A program made the position numbers and the translations under genes. DNA of 64,000 nt from Camelus dromedarius (lineage: Eukaryota). The notes beneath the pieces are model-generated. The model was given only the letters and a program-made list of their open reading frames with translations. It did not search any database and had not been told where the DNA came from. Every line of letters begins with the position of its first letter. Position 1 is the stretch's first letter. Below are positions 52,201 through 64,000 of the stretch, one piece after another. The DNA lies in NCBI RefSeq assembly GCF_036321535.1, contig NC_087437.1, forward strand, positions 14,386,001-14,450,000, read 5' to 3'.

Positions 52201-53480
52201 TGGAGAATGTTCCATGTGCACTTGAAAAGAATGTATATTCTGCTGCTTTTGGATGGAATGTTCTATTTATATCTATTAAGTCTACTTGGTATAATGTGTG
52301 ATTTAAGATCAGTGTTTTCCTATTGATTTTCTGTCTGGGTGATCAGTCCATTGATGTTAGTGAGGTGTTAAAGCCCCTACTATTACTATGTTGGTATCAA
52401 TTTCTCCCTTATATTTGTTTATATTTGCTTTATCTATTTAGGTTCCTATGTTGAATGCATATATATTTACAATTATTATTATATCTTCTTGAACTGATCC
52501 CTTTATCGTTATGTAATGTCCTTCTTTGTCTCTTATTAGAGTCTTTGTTTTAAAGTCTATGTTGTCTGACATCAGTGTTGCTACCCCAGCTTTTTTGTTT
52601 GTTTCCATTTGCATGGAATACCTTTTGCTACCCCCTCACTTTTAGTCTGTGTCTTTAGATCTGAATTGTGTCTCTTGTAAGTAGTATTTAGGTGGGTCTT
52701 GTTTTTTTAATCCATTCAGCCATTTTGTCTTTTGATTGGAGAATTCAGTGTGTTTACATTTAAAATATTGATGGGTATGTCATTATTGCCATGTTGTTGT
52801 TTTGTAATTGTTTTTGTAGTTCTTCTCTGTTCCTTTCTTTTTTTCTTTCTCTCTTCCTTTGTGATTTGACTTTCTTTAGTGGTATGCTTATATTTATTTC
52901 TATTTATCTTTTGTGTGTTTACTATAGGTTTTTGCTTGTGGTTAACATAAGGTTTACAACTTATACCGTCTATCATAAGTGATAACAACTTAGTGTGTTA
53001 CCACATTAGACTGAATATCTTTACTCTCTTCCCCCAGCACGTTTTATGTTTTTGATGTCATATTTTACATCTTTTTATTTTGTGTATCCCATAACTAATT
53101 ATTGGAATCAGTTACTTTTAATACTTTTGGTTTTTAAGCTTTACAATAGCTTTATAAGTAATTAATTTACTATCTTTACAATATATTTACTTTTCCCGTG
53201 AAATTTATTCTTTCACATGTGTTATTGTTACTAATTAACTCCCTTAATTTTTCAGCTTAAAGAAGTCCTTTTAACGTTTCTTGTAAGGCCATTTTAGTGA
53301 TGATGAACTCATTTAGTTTTTGCTTAACTAGAAAAATTTTTGTCTTCGATTCTGAATAGTAACTTTGCTGGGTGGAGTGTTCTTGGTTGGAAGTTTTTTT
53401 TTGTTTCAGAATATATTGTGCCACTCCCTCTGGCCTGCAGAGTTTGTGCTGAAAGATCTGCTTATAGTCCTATGGGAGTT
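49290..53480 (-). mobile_element. 5'-truncated L1 (~4.2 kb): ORF1 end, inter-ORF, broken ORF2 and part of the 3'UTR
   Basis: ORF2 ATG at 52792-52790 on the - strand ('ILNVNTLNSPIKRQ'). RT fragment '[26 protein letters not shown]'. C-terminal '[14 protein letters not shown]'. Internal deletion near 50685. Confidence 0.93.
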
Positions 53481-54589
53481 GCTTAGTCTATGGGGTTCCT
53501 TAGTCCCTGGGGATTTTGACTTCTGATGAAAGTCTAACATAACCATTTTTTAATGTCTTAATATTCTTTCTGTGGCAATCCCAGGAGACATTTATTGTGG
53601 ATTGTGCTGTAAGTGTAAGGACAGAGGAGTTGTTGATAATAACCCAAATCTGGATGCTTTTACCAAGCGTATGAGTTGATTTTCAGTTGTAGACTCTCTG
53701 CATGTTCATAACCTACCACCCGTCAACTTACCATTTTTGAAGGAATTAGAAAAAACAAAACTGGTGGTGTTTTGAAAGGATAAAATTAGAAAACACTATA
53801 TACTGTAATACAGTTTTTTTCACCTATAAAATATGATAATGTCTTCATCATAGGAGTTAAATGAACTAATAAATGTATGTGAAGCCAGTTTATAAATTAT
53901 CAGCAACTTTATAACTTTGTTTTTATTATAAAGTGGCAATATCCTTTCCTCTCCAGTTTTGGTCACTTTGCATGTTTATCTAGTAATCATATATGTAGAT
54001 AGGGGGTACTGAGAAGTTTGCTTTAAAATTACCATTATATTGCTTTATTAATATCTATGGTACTAATACCTACTTTATTGTTTTTCTGCATCTGAATGTT
54101 AGACTTCTGTGTAGAATTTATTTGTAGTTTGGCATCATTTAGTAATTATCCAGAGAGACAGAAAGGTGGTTTAATGTTACTTTTTTATGACTAGATCTGT
54201 TAGTAAAGGAGGATAAGCCTCATCATATCCATTACTGTATATGGATCCTGCAGCTAACTCATCCAAGACTTTATAAAGAACTAGCAGTGGAATTCCCAGC
54301 GTAGGAATACTTGCTTTAGGTTTCCTCCCTCAGCCTTCTGGTTTCAGTTTGATTCAGTCTGAGAAAGGCCAAGTAAATTAAGGACAGAGAAGGGCTGCAT
54401 TGTGAAGATGGATTGAAAAAAAATGAGAATTTCAGCCTAGATACTTACCTATGGAGGTGTGTGATGTAATCGATTAAATGGTGAAGGGTTAGGATTTGTA
54501 CAGTACCCCTGAAAGAGTACTCTTTAAAACTTTAAATAAACATTAGACTTAGATACCACTATCCATTTCATCAAACATGAAACCTGGAA

Positions 54590-55140
54590 GTAATTTTTTT
54601 CTAATACTTTTCTGATTATGGAAGTAATATGTTAATTGTAGACAATCTAGGAAATATAGTAAAGAAAATAATCCTATAACCCCATGTCATAAAGGTCTGT
54701 TAATCAGAACTATAATCACTGTGACTAGCCTTACAAGCTTTGTTTTGTGTGTGTGTTTATATCTATATTTAGATATCCATTCCTAGTTGTGTAATAACTT
54801 TTGATTTTCAAAGTTGAAATCATAGTGTTCTTATTATCTTAATTAAGAATATTTCCTCATTGTCACATGCATGTATATGAAATTGTCACAATTTAGATGA
54901 ACCATAATTTATCTGTACCCTGTTTTTGGACATTCCAAGTTGCCTCCCAGTTGTTGCTCTCATTCATAATGGGGCAATGAAAACACTCTTGTGTGTAAAA
55001 ATTGGTGTGAAACTTTCTAATTATTTTATTATGGACAGTGCCTAAAAATGGACTAGCTGGGCCAAAGGTGCCCATAGTTTTAAGGATTTTTGAAACATAC
55101 TGCCAGATTGTGGTCCAAAAGAGTACAGTGAGGGCTCCCA
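54590..55140 (-). mobile_element. Ancient L1ME-like fragment
   Basis: 'ccataatttatct...tggacattccaagttgcctcccag', 'ttttgaaacatactgccagattg'. Confidence 0.6.
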
Positions 55141-56366
55141 GTGTCACATCACTTCACCATTGTCTTACCAGCTCACCAAATGCTGCTGACTTTATGCACT
55201 GACTGCAAATTATGTTCCCTTCATTATCCTAGCCTTAGCTAAAGCCTCATCACTTCTTCATAGGTTTACTTCAGCAGCCTCTAGTCTTGATTCTCCAAAG
55301 TGTGTTTCCAGCGTGATCTTTCTCAATCAGGAATCTTACCACATCAGTGGCTCCTCTGTAGTCTGTATGTGAACCTCCGTGTTCCGGCTTGTATGCAGAG
55401 TCTCTGCGTTCCCAACCCTGCTAGCCTCATCTGTAGATACTTGCCCACTTACAGTCCTGGCTTCAGTCCTTTTAAACTGTGGTAAAAGCCTCCGATCTAA
55501 GGCATGATTTTTTTAAATAAAAATATTGGTTAAAATAGGGAGACATAAAAATGACATATTTAATTTTTTTTTATTTTAACTTAAAACATATGTTCACGTT
55601 TGTTCACAAATCTTCCAATGTAGGGCCAAGGCCTTTTTTTTTAATGTGGTTCTACTTGTCAAGGTCCCTTTCTTGTGTAACCAGACATGTAATATGTCAC
55701 TTACGAGTTCCAGTTTGGGTTTCTTTCAAATGAAATGAATACAAGAGCAGAATCTTCTAGGTTGTTATGGTATATTTCCCAAACTTTTACAGCTGTCTTA
55801 TTCACTCGTAACTTGACAGTAATTTTTTTTTTTTTTTGGTGGCTAGTCTTTTTGAGTCCTTCTAAAAGACTCAGCCTAGTTTTCATAGAAACAATAACTC
55901 TTTGGGTTCACACTCATATTTCATTGGCTTATATAATATTGAATTATCTAATATTTAATTAGATTAATTAGATTATAAGACCATGCAAAACTGGCATACA
56001 CATGTTGGGAACCAACATAAGTGACTCCTAGTGAGCATATCCCTGAGGGGAGGCATTAAGGTTTGTGTGTCAATAAGCGTATCTTTCAGAGAAAATGGTG
56101 AATATTTGTTAATTCAGTAGAAATCAGTAAAAGAAGTTTTTCACTGACAGTTTTTCACTATGTTTATGGTCCCTGAAATAAGTCATTAGTCTCTCCCTTC
56201 CATTTCTTCATCCTGCTGTTTGCTCTGAGCTTTGCAAGTTCAACTCTGGTATCATGGCTTCTTCCAGAAAGCTTTTTTTCATAGCCCCTCCCCTTGCAGC
56301 CAGTTGCCACTCCTATATGCTCACTTAGCACCACATGCTTTCCCCTATTAAAATGTGATATTGCAA

Positions 56367-56501
56367 GGGGAAGGGTATAGCTCAAGTGGTACCATGCATG
56401 CTTAGCATGCATGAGGTCCTGGGTTCAATCCCCAGCACCTCCTCTAAAATAAATAAATCAATAAGCAAACCTAATTACCCCCCACCAAAAAAAACCAAAA
56501 C
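56367..56501 (+). mobile_element. tRNA-Ala(AGC)-derived SINE, camelid Vic-1-like
   Basis: Box A 'tagctcaagtgg', anticodon arm CATGC-TTAGCAT-GCATG and box B 'ggttcaatccc', followed by an AATAAA/A-rich tail. Degenerate TSD aaaatgtgatattgcaa (56350-56366) / aaaatgtgtacagcaa (56502-56517). Confidence 0.9.
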
Positions 56502-56989
56502 AAAATGTGTACAGCAATTCAGTTGGTTAAAGTGTCCCTATATTCGACTGTGAGCCCAGTCAAACCAGGGGCCATACCATTTATCTCTGATTCCACAGTC
56601 TTGACTTTTAGAAAGGATTCATTACATGAATCCAAATTTGTATTTTTTTTTTTCAGGAAGGTGGGATGAGCTGAAAATGTGAATACACATCCTTGTTATT
56701 AAAGTACATTTAATGTTTCTGAAATTAGAATAGGACTTGTAAAAAATGTTTATAACCTCAGTAGCTGTTACTAATTAATGATGTATCTTAAACATCAAAG
56801 AAATGAAAGTGGGTTAAGAAAAGTGAGAGCACTTCAGGGACAGCTAAATCTTAATGAGCACAGTCATCAAGAATAACAGTATTCTTCCACAAATACCCCT
56901 TTGCGCTGCTGTCAGAATCTCTGGGCCTGAGTAACCCATGCAGTGTTTCTCTTTGACTTCTAAGTCCTAAGGATGGCTCAGGGTAGGGA

Positions 56990-57540
56990 TGCTGTGCAGC
57001 TCGTGGGTAAGAACATGAAGACTGGAGTCAGTGCCTTGGTTCAGAACTCAGTCCTGCCTCTTACTCTGTGCCCTCGAATAATCAGGTTCTCACTTTTATC
57101 ATCTATAAAATGGAGAAAGTCACAAAATCACAATTTTTAAATGATCCATAAAAACCACTTAGAGCTACTTGGCACGCAGTATGCCTTCAAGGTAAGTAAC
57201 AGTTGTTAGTGCTATTATTGTGGTAGCAAAGAATTCATAAAAATGGTCTTTAAATAGTCTAATCATAGAAGGATCTATAACAATGCTTTTATAAATAGTA
57301 GCATCCCTTCTGCACACTCACTGCAGGGAATTCAAAGAGGGAGCACTAGGTGGGTGGATATTTGAATCTGGAATTGACCATTTGCCTGTTGTAACATTCT
57401 GGACCATTTTCTTAACGTCTCTTAGTCTTGATTTCTCTACCTGTAAAATAGAGATGATAACACAAAACTCAGAGGGTTATTATGGATATTAAATTATAGG
57501 ATGCATATAAAGATAATAACTGCTCAATAAATGGTATCTA
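56990..57540 (+). mobile_element. Two MIR copies (~56990-57220 and ~57340-57540)
   Basis: 'catctataaaatggag', 'ctacctgtaaaatagagatgataa...agggttattatggatattaaat...tgctcaataaatgg'. Confidence 0.75.
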
Positions 57541-58197
57541 TCACAGTCACAGACTTGGTACGCAAAGTAGAATTTTTTTGTTTACAGCTGAATTTTTCTC
57601 ACCTCTTGAGCCTCCATTTTCTCCATTGGCAGAAAATGCAGTGTTGCCAGCTTATGGTAAATCTGGAGACTTCCAGGCATTGCCCCTCAATCTCTAGGTG
57701 AGTAAGGACTCAGCTGATTGGGGGTTCTCTCCTTCTGCCTTCCACTTTGCCTCTCCCTTAGAGTGAGGTTCCGGGGATTAGGTGTTATTCTGACACTTGT
57801 GACACTTCCACCACATGGAGGGTTTCCGGTGGTCTTTGGCTCCGCTGAGTGCGCAGCTGAAAGTTTGCATTCTGCCTCCTGGGCTCCAAATCCTGATGTT
57901 ACCTCTGGTTCCATGGAGCCTGGGGCATCTGCTTCATCTCTGTTACTTTGGGGGAAATTCTTGGTGTTCTCCAACACCTCACTGTGCAGGCGCCCCCATG
58001 CATGCCCATGCCCCACCCCCATGCTGCCATGGCTCTTCCATCCCTCCACACCTGCCAGGTGCTGAGCTTCTCTCACTTCTGAATTCCGCTGGGGTCTCTG
58101 TTCATTCATCCCCCATCCACAGGGGCTGGGCTCAGAGTGCAGATGGGAAGAGAAAGGCTCTGTTTCCTTCTCAGAAGCCCACATTTAACTCTTACTC

Positions 58198-58730
58198 TTT
58201 ACATTAGTTTTCTATTGCTGCTATGACAAATCCCAGGACGTTTAGCAGCTCAAACCACCACACACTGGTTATCTCACAGTCTATAGGTTGGAAGTCCAGG
58301 GTGACTTGGCTGACTTTTCAGACTCAGGTTTTACGAGGCCAAAATCAGGTTCACTTCAGGATTAACAGGTTGTTGGCGGAATCCAGTTTCTTGCCTGTGT
58401 AGGACTGAGATCCCCATTTCCTTGCTGACTGTCACCTGGGGTGATTCTCAGCTTCTAGAAGCCACCCACATTCCTTGGGATGTGGCCCCTTCTTCCATCT
58501 TCAAAGGCAGCAGTGGTGGATTGAGTCCTCACATTTTGAATCTCTCTGACCTCCCCTTCTGTCTCATCTTTTCTGCCTTCCTTTTCCCATGGCTCTCTCT
58601 GACTCCTCTGCTTTTCAGGGCTCAGGTGATAACACTGGACCCACCCAGAGAGTCTCCTTGTCTTCAGATCAGCTGATGAGTAACCTTAATTCCATCTGTG
58701 AAGTCCTTTCAGCACAATACCGAGACTAAT
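58198..58730 (-). mobile_element. MaLR solo LTR (MLT1-like)
   Basis: 'cattagttttctattgctgctatgacaaat...tctcacagtct...gaagtcc', 'cagcttctagaagccacccacattccttgg', 'aaccttaattccatctg'. Confidence 0.85.
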
Positions 58731-59254
58731 GCCTAAGAATCTCATTTTTATTTTGTAAGAATGAGGGAGACACTGAAGGATTTTGAACAGTAGAGCACTT
58801 GAAAAAAATAGACTATTGGAAAGTCTCTTGCATATGGAATATTTACAAATTAACTGACTTCCATGCCATTTGGGCCTGAAAAGCAGTCACTAAGGGTTCA
58901 CTCACCTTCTGAATACTTCTGTCTCATCTTTTTCTGAGTCTGAAAATCTTCAGATCTATGACTCTGAATCCTAGGAATCATATTTTGTTTTTATTTTTCT
59001 AATTGGTGGGGAGCTTCCTACTTCCAGTGTTCCTGCAAGGCTGGCATGAGCCCCTGAAAGACAAAATGATTTGTCCTAAGAGGGCTAGAGACAAACCTGT
59101 GGGTAACCACCGGGAGGAAGTGTACATGGTGTGTAAGCATGTGATGATCAGATTTCAGCTGAGCACAGGCTTAGGGAAAAGTGTGTAGTAGGGAAGCTCT
59201 GATCTGGAGCCTCTATTCTCGGGCCTTCTGGTGGAGTCAGATCCCCAGCTGGCT

Positions 59255-59470
59255 CTACTTGAAGTCTGGAGGCAGAATGAAACAGTGGAAAGGACAGTAT
59301 ATTGGAGAGTGCGGAGAAGAAAGTGCTAGTTCTCACTGTGCCACTGATGACCAGCGTGATTGTGGGCAAATACTGAATCCCCTGGGCCTCAATAACTCTG
59401 CCCATAAAATGAGGGAGCGTTGGATTAGGTGATTCCCAAGGTTCATTCTAATTACAACATTCTGTGACTG
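59255..59470 (+). mobile_element. MIR/MIR3
   Basis: 'gggcaaatactgaatcccctgggcctca...ataaaatgagggagcgttggattaggtgattcccaagg'. Confidence 0.7.
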
Positions 59471-60789
59471 GTGTTTCCTTTTATGGGCTATCTCCACCAA
59501 AATTGAGATACCATGTATCTCTGGGGAGAGTTTAGAGTGATAAGCTATTTCTAAAGGGAATAGGACAAATATTATAACTAAAAATGTTCCTTGGAAACTT
59601 TTGCACTGTTTTTAGGCAGATGTATATCCATTTGCTTTAGTTTTCTCTGTAACATGAGAATTCCTTTGTAATTGTGAGAAATATTTAATTTCTAAAACTC
59701 ATAAAGGTTATAGTGGAAAAAATTAGAAAAGCTGCCCACTATTGTATGCATTAATAATGCATCAGTAAGTGAGTCTGTGCCATAGATACTGTTCAGTGAG
59801 TTTTATATTCTGTTTAATAATTGCAATTTTAATCGATTATTGTGACTTATACCATCATGTAGGAGGTGCAGACTCCTCCCTACTAATTGGACTGATCTTA
59901 GTTTTGGTGCAACATTAACAGAGAATAGGATGCTTGGGAATTGTGATTTGTAGCTATTACAGATTTTCTTCCCAGGATTGGTAAGCAGAGACAGCACTCC
60001 TTACAGAACCCTGCAGGATAACAGAGTCCACTAAGTAATCACAAACCCTGTATTTTAGCTTCCATTGTAATTGCAACTCTTCTTCACCAAGCCTATTTTG
60101 CCTACTTTTTTTTCTTTCTCTCCCCCTCCCCTGCACCAATCGATCTTTCAAAAGATTGTTGAAAATGCAATGAGATGAGCAAGAAGGTAAATGAAAAAGC
60201 AGAAAATCAAGGAGCCTAGATGTTGTAAGAACTATGTAAACTCGAACTCTGGTGATTCTGAAGTTGATTTGAGTGCGGGCAGGGGACAGGAGGGAGGGGG
60301 TCCCCAAGTACAGCAGCTTGCCCTGTTTGAGCATGCAACCCCAACTCCAGACTCTGAGCAGACAGGATGACAGCCAGAAATAAGTAATTGGTGCTGGGTA
60401 TGTGAAAGGAAGTGTTTTCGCATCAGTCCTTCCACTGTGGACCCTATTTACACAGTTCAGTAGGTTATTTTTTCCTTTTTCTACACTCCTTTCATTCTAA
60501 GAGGATTACATCCTTCATTGCTTTCTGTCCACAAATCCTCCAGTGCCATTTGGTTGGCATGTTTGTGACAATTCTGTTTGGATCAAGATTTGACCATACC
60601 TCTAATAGCCTGAGGAAGTGGCAAGCAGTGCTGGGTGACCTTAGGATAGTCAGAGGATGGTGTGAATTCATTGCTAAATTGTAGAACAGGGCTGCTAGGA
60701 ATCTTTTATTAAGTCAGACCTCTTCAAAACTCTTGACTTAAAAGCGACAAAAACTCCTGAATCTACTGAAGTAAAACTTACCTGCTAAG

Positions 60790-60940
60790 GCTGTGGTTCT
60801 TAAACTTGAGTTACGACCGCAGAAACCCAGACTTGCTGTTCAGTAAGTATGAAATAAGGCCTGATAATTTTCATTTCTAGCCAGTCCCCAGGTTATGTGG
60901 ATGCTGTTGGTCCAGGGACAACATTTTGGAGACAGCTGTC
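60790..60940. mobile_element. MER5A-like hAT MITE
   Basis: 'gtggttcttaaactt ... catttctagccagtccccaggttatgtggatgctgttggtccagggacaacattttg'. Confidence 0.75.
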
Positions 60941-61244
60941 CTAAAAGTTCTCCCAGCCTGGAGTGATTGGAAATCAAGCGACAGTCCCCGTTGGGTTTCT
61001 CAGCTCTTTCTCTCCTTTGAGCCAGCTTGGCTCTGACCCCTGCCCCGTGGGTCTGCGGGTCCTGGTGTGTGCTCATATCCTGTCCTCCAGATCCAGTGTC
61101 CCAGACAGCTGAGAACTCTGGGACTCTCAACCATCTGAATTTCTGAACACAGTATAAAACCAGAGATTTAGGGCAGAATTTGTGATCCCCTGTGACCCTA
61201 GGAACATTGTCATTTAATCTTGAAAAGAATACACTAGATGGGGT

Positions 61245-61360
61245 GTATTCTCACTTTTATCAGTGAAGAATTGAAATTCAAAAAGTTGAAATTACTTGCC
61301 CAGCAAGTAAATGGCTGAACTGGTAATTTGAACCCAGAATTCTGGCTTCAGTACCTGATT
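61245..61360 (-). mobile_element. MIR
   Basis: 'ttttatcagtgaagaattgaa...ttacttgcccag...atttgaacccag'. Confidence 0.65.
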
Positions 61361-64000
61361 TTCCTTCACCTAAGGCTCTCTTTCTCTTGGATTCCACTTT
61401 GATCTCGTTCCTCATTTTTATGTAGCTAAGATTATAAAGACTCTCTTAATTAGGAGTTGAATTATGACTTACATATACCTATATGTTTATATATATATGT
61501 ATACATGCATCTCCTTTGCTTCATTTTTATTATTTTGCATGTATTTTTATTATAGTATATAATATACATGTTTGAAGTTGCCCTTAAAGAAGTTTAGGTA
61601 CAGGGAAAGGAATGTACGTATGTATACTCTCAAGTCTAGTGAGCACACATGTACATACACATTACTCATTCACACACACACTGGCTTTTCCTCCATATCT
61701 CACATTAAGTCTAAGAACATGTGTCTCTTTGGTTGCCATAGACTTATACTAAGTTCCAGCCACGCCCTTGACTGCTATCAGTAAATAGAGTTGAAACCAC
61801 CTTTGCTGCACGCCCCCGCCAACTCTCCCCAGTACTGTCCATAAAGGGGATTTAGGGCATCATTTAGTTCTGGTGGGAGACAGTTGGCAGGTCTGTATTG
61901 AAAAATCCACTTTGTTGCAAAACAAGAACAAGCCCTGAGGGCTTTGAGGGTGTGTCTGCAGTGAGAGTTTATATGCTTTGCCCACATTAATAGCAATGTC
62001 AGAATTGGTTTTTTTTTTCTTTTATAAGGTAAACAGCTTTTTTTCACTGAGGGAAGAAAACAAACCAAAAAACAAAAATTCTGACGTCTGCTGTTGAAGG
62101 CTATAGTGAACAAGGAGCTGGATTGCAGCAGGAATGGTGATAAGAAGGAAACACTGGTGGTCATGGGTATCCTCAGGAGTGAAATGATTGGGAAAATACA
62201 GAATCACCTGTTTTCAAGTTTGCTTGTGGAAGTGGGCATTGGGAAGGTTGCAGCTTGTGAGTTACTGTAAGTAGTAGAAGGAAGCTTATTTGAAATCTGA
62301 AAGAAAATCGTAAGAGCAAATGTGGATGGGTGACGTATCACCTGGCTAACTAGGTGGCTGGTAGGGGTTAGAGGTGTGTGCACATTTGTGGATATACTTT
62401 GATTCAGCTGCATATGGTTTTCTGCAGTCTCCTAGTGTTACTCATGGTTGCAATTACAAGCAAACACAAAATTTGCGTTATGCTCAGATTGTTCCCTAAT
62501 ACATCAATTGCATTGAAACAAATGTGTTTTCAAAGAAGCATTATAGCAGAACCGGCTTTACATGGCAAGTCTGTCTCAGGGGATTCCCTGCTTCCCTTGT
62601 TATTAGAATATTTGATGGCCATCTGTGAGATGAGGAGCATGTAAAGATGGCTCTTTTATACATATCTACTTCCCCTTATCAAATTTTAGATAATAATAAA
62701 AAATACAAAATAATGAGTAAAGTACCCCTCCCAGCCTCACAAAACAATGTTAATTTTTTTTTAATTTCCCATGTGGCAAGATGGCTTTGTCAAGATGGCA
62801 TGTTCTCATCCCATCCCACCCTACCACTGCCTTTGAGCCAAGCCAAGTGGGGCTGAGTCACTGATGACTGGATGTTGTTCATCTCTCCCCCTGATTGCTT
62901 TCCTTGATGGATAGCCCGGAGAGGGACCTGTCGAAGTGGCTCTGTATTGTTTGGTGAAGTATATATACTCATTTGTTCCAGATCTCACAGCATTTCCCAG
63001 GGTCTTATTTATTAATTTCAGGATATCGCTGTGTGTATTAGATACTTTTCAGCAGTCCTGCATGCAGAATATTTGTGATGGTTAATTCTAGGGTCCTCTG
63101 GGTGTTTTATCCTTTTTAGGTCTACCTTGGGGAAAAGAGCAATCCATGCAGAGAAGGAAGTAGCTTCACACCTTTGAGGCTATGTTTGCAGGGGAGCCAT
63201 GTCTGGGAAAAGCATAGTCAAAATGCTGTTTTTGGAAGGAGCACCTGATTATTTTCAACAGGTTCAAATTCTCTTTTCCAATTAGATGTGACGGCTGGAT
63301 TCTCATGTGTGCATTCAAATTACAGAGAGATAAACATTGCACCACTGACATGATTGCTGGGATAGGTAGTATCCATATAAACATGTTTTAAAGGTTTTAA
63401 AAATCTAGATATAGGAATAAGCTATAAGGTCCTAGAATTTCAGGCTTGAGGGAAACGTGGGGAGAGGGGAGATTTTGCCCCATATTTCCTCTTATTATAA
63501 GGAATGTGAGGCCCACAGAAGCAGCACAACTAGCCAGGAGATCCTGGCTCGTTATAACGTAACAGAAACAGGACTTAAACACTGGGGCCCCCAGCTCTTG
63601 TCTTTGTCCCATGGTATTGATTTTTGTAGTTCAGTAAATTCTGACCACTTACTTAAGATTCCAGGCAGCCCTCAATCTGTTGCTACTGCGCCCCTTAACC
63701 CGAGTATTTGTCACACCTGCTTGATTTGATTCCCTTGCTGCCCACTTCCATTTTATTTTATTTCTTAAAGCTGAAAAAAAGGAGGGTTGCTTGTATTCAG
63801 GCCATAGCTACCACTAACTTCTTTATTTCTTTAGTTGATATCCTTTCTTACCTCAGTGGATAGAAATGTGAGTAATAATAATCCTTGTACCAGGAGAACA
63901 AAAGTACTAGCCTGCTTCGTCTGGAGGCCCATTTTCCAACAACTTTGTTTCACCTAGTGAGAGAGGTCCTCAGATGTCTTACTATGAGGACTTGGGGGAA

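Noticed and set aside
54441..54450. ATACTTACCT, identical to the U1 snRNA 5' end
   Set aside because: Similarity stops after 10 nt. It is at most a - strand donor-like motif.
56367..56442. Functional tRNA-Ala gene
   Set aside because: The D-arm is disrupted, and an A-rich tail plus TSD mark it as a SINE
61226..61251. Short hairpins (agaatacac/gtgtattct here; ggattcat/atgaatcc near 56615)
   Set aside because: Stems of 8-9 bp are expected by chance in 64 kb and are too short for pre-miRNAs
63102..63260. Acceptor-like 'tcctttttAG' followed by possible coding sequence
   Set aside because: The frames I read close quickly, I saw no matching donor, and the peptide is not recognisable
1..64000. 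A novel multi-gene system (defence operon, CRISPR array, retron-like RT locus)
   Set aside because: The DNA is mammalian and repeat-rich. There is no operon-like ORF packing or repeat-spacer array, and every RT-like peptide is broken L1 ORF2.

Overview
This is mammalian genomic DNA, not prokaryotic. A tRNA-Ala-derived SINE resembling the camelid Vic-1 family suggests a camelid (camel/llama/alpaca), and I recognised no Alu, B1/B2, BovB, PRE1 or SINEC elements. The window is AT-rich, CpG-depleted and repeat-dense, and it looks like part of one long intron. Most L1 fragments lie on the - strand, which suggests a + strand host gene that I cannot name. It holds one TSD-flanked, near-full-length but dead L1 (8804-15041), two multi-kb 5'-truncated L1s, many nested or ancient L1 pieces, L2/MIR relics, two solo LTRs, DNA-transposon MITEs and microsatellites. 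No intact protein-coding gene is supported: the ORF-track entries are broken L1 ORF2 pieces or chance ORFs. I found no convincing new biological system. The most interesting items are a chimeric L1 whose ORF1 is largely replaced by an ORF2 fragment, an L1 breakpoint that recurs in several copies, several + strand exon candidates (one ending in ATG) and a few enhancer-like patches. Repeat family names come from my recall of consensus sequences. Boundaries are approximate unless a TSD is quoted.
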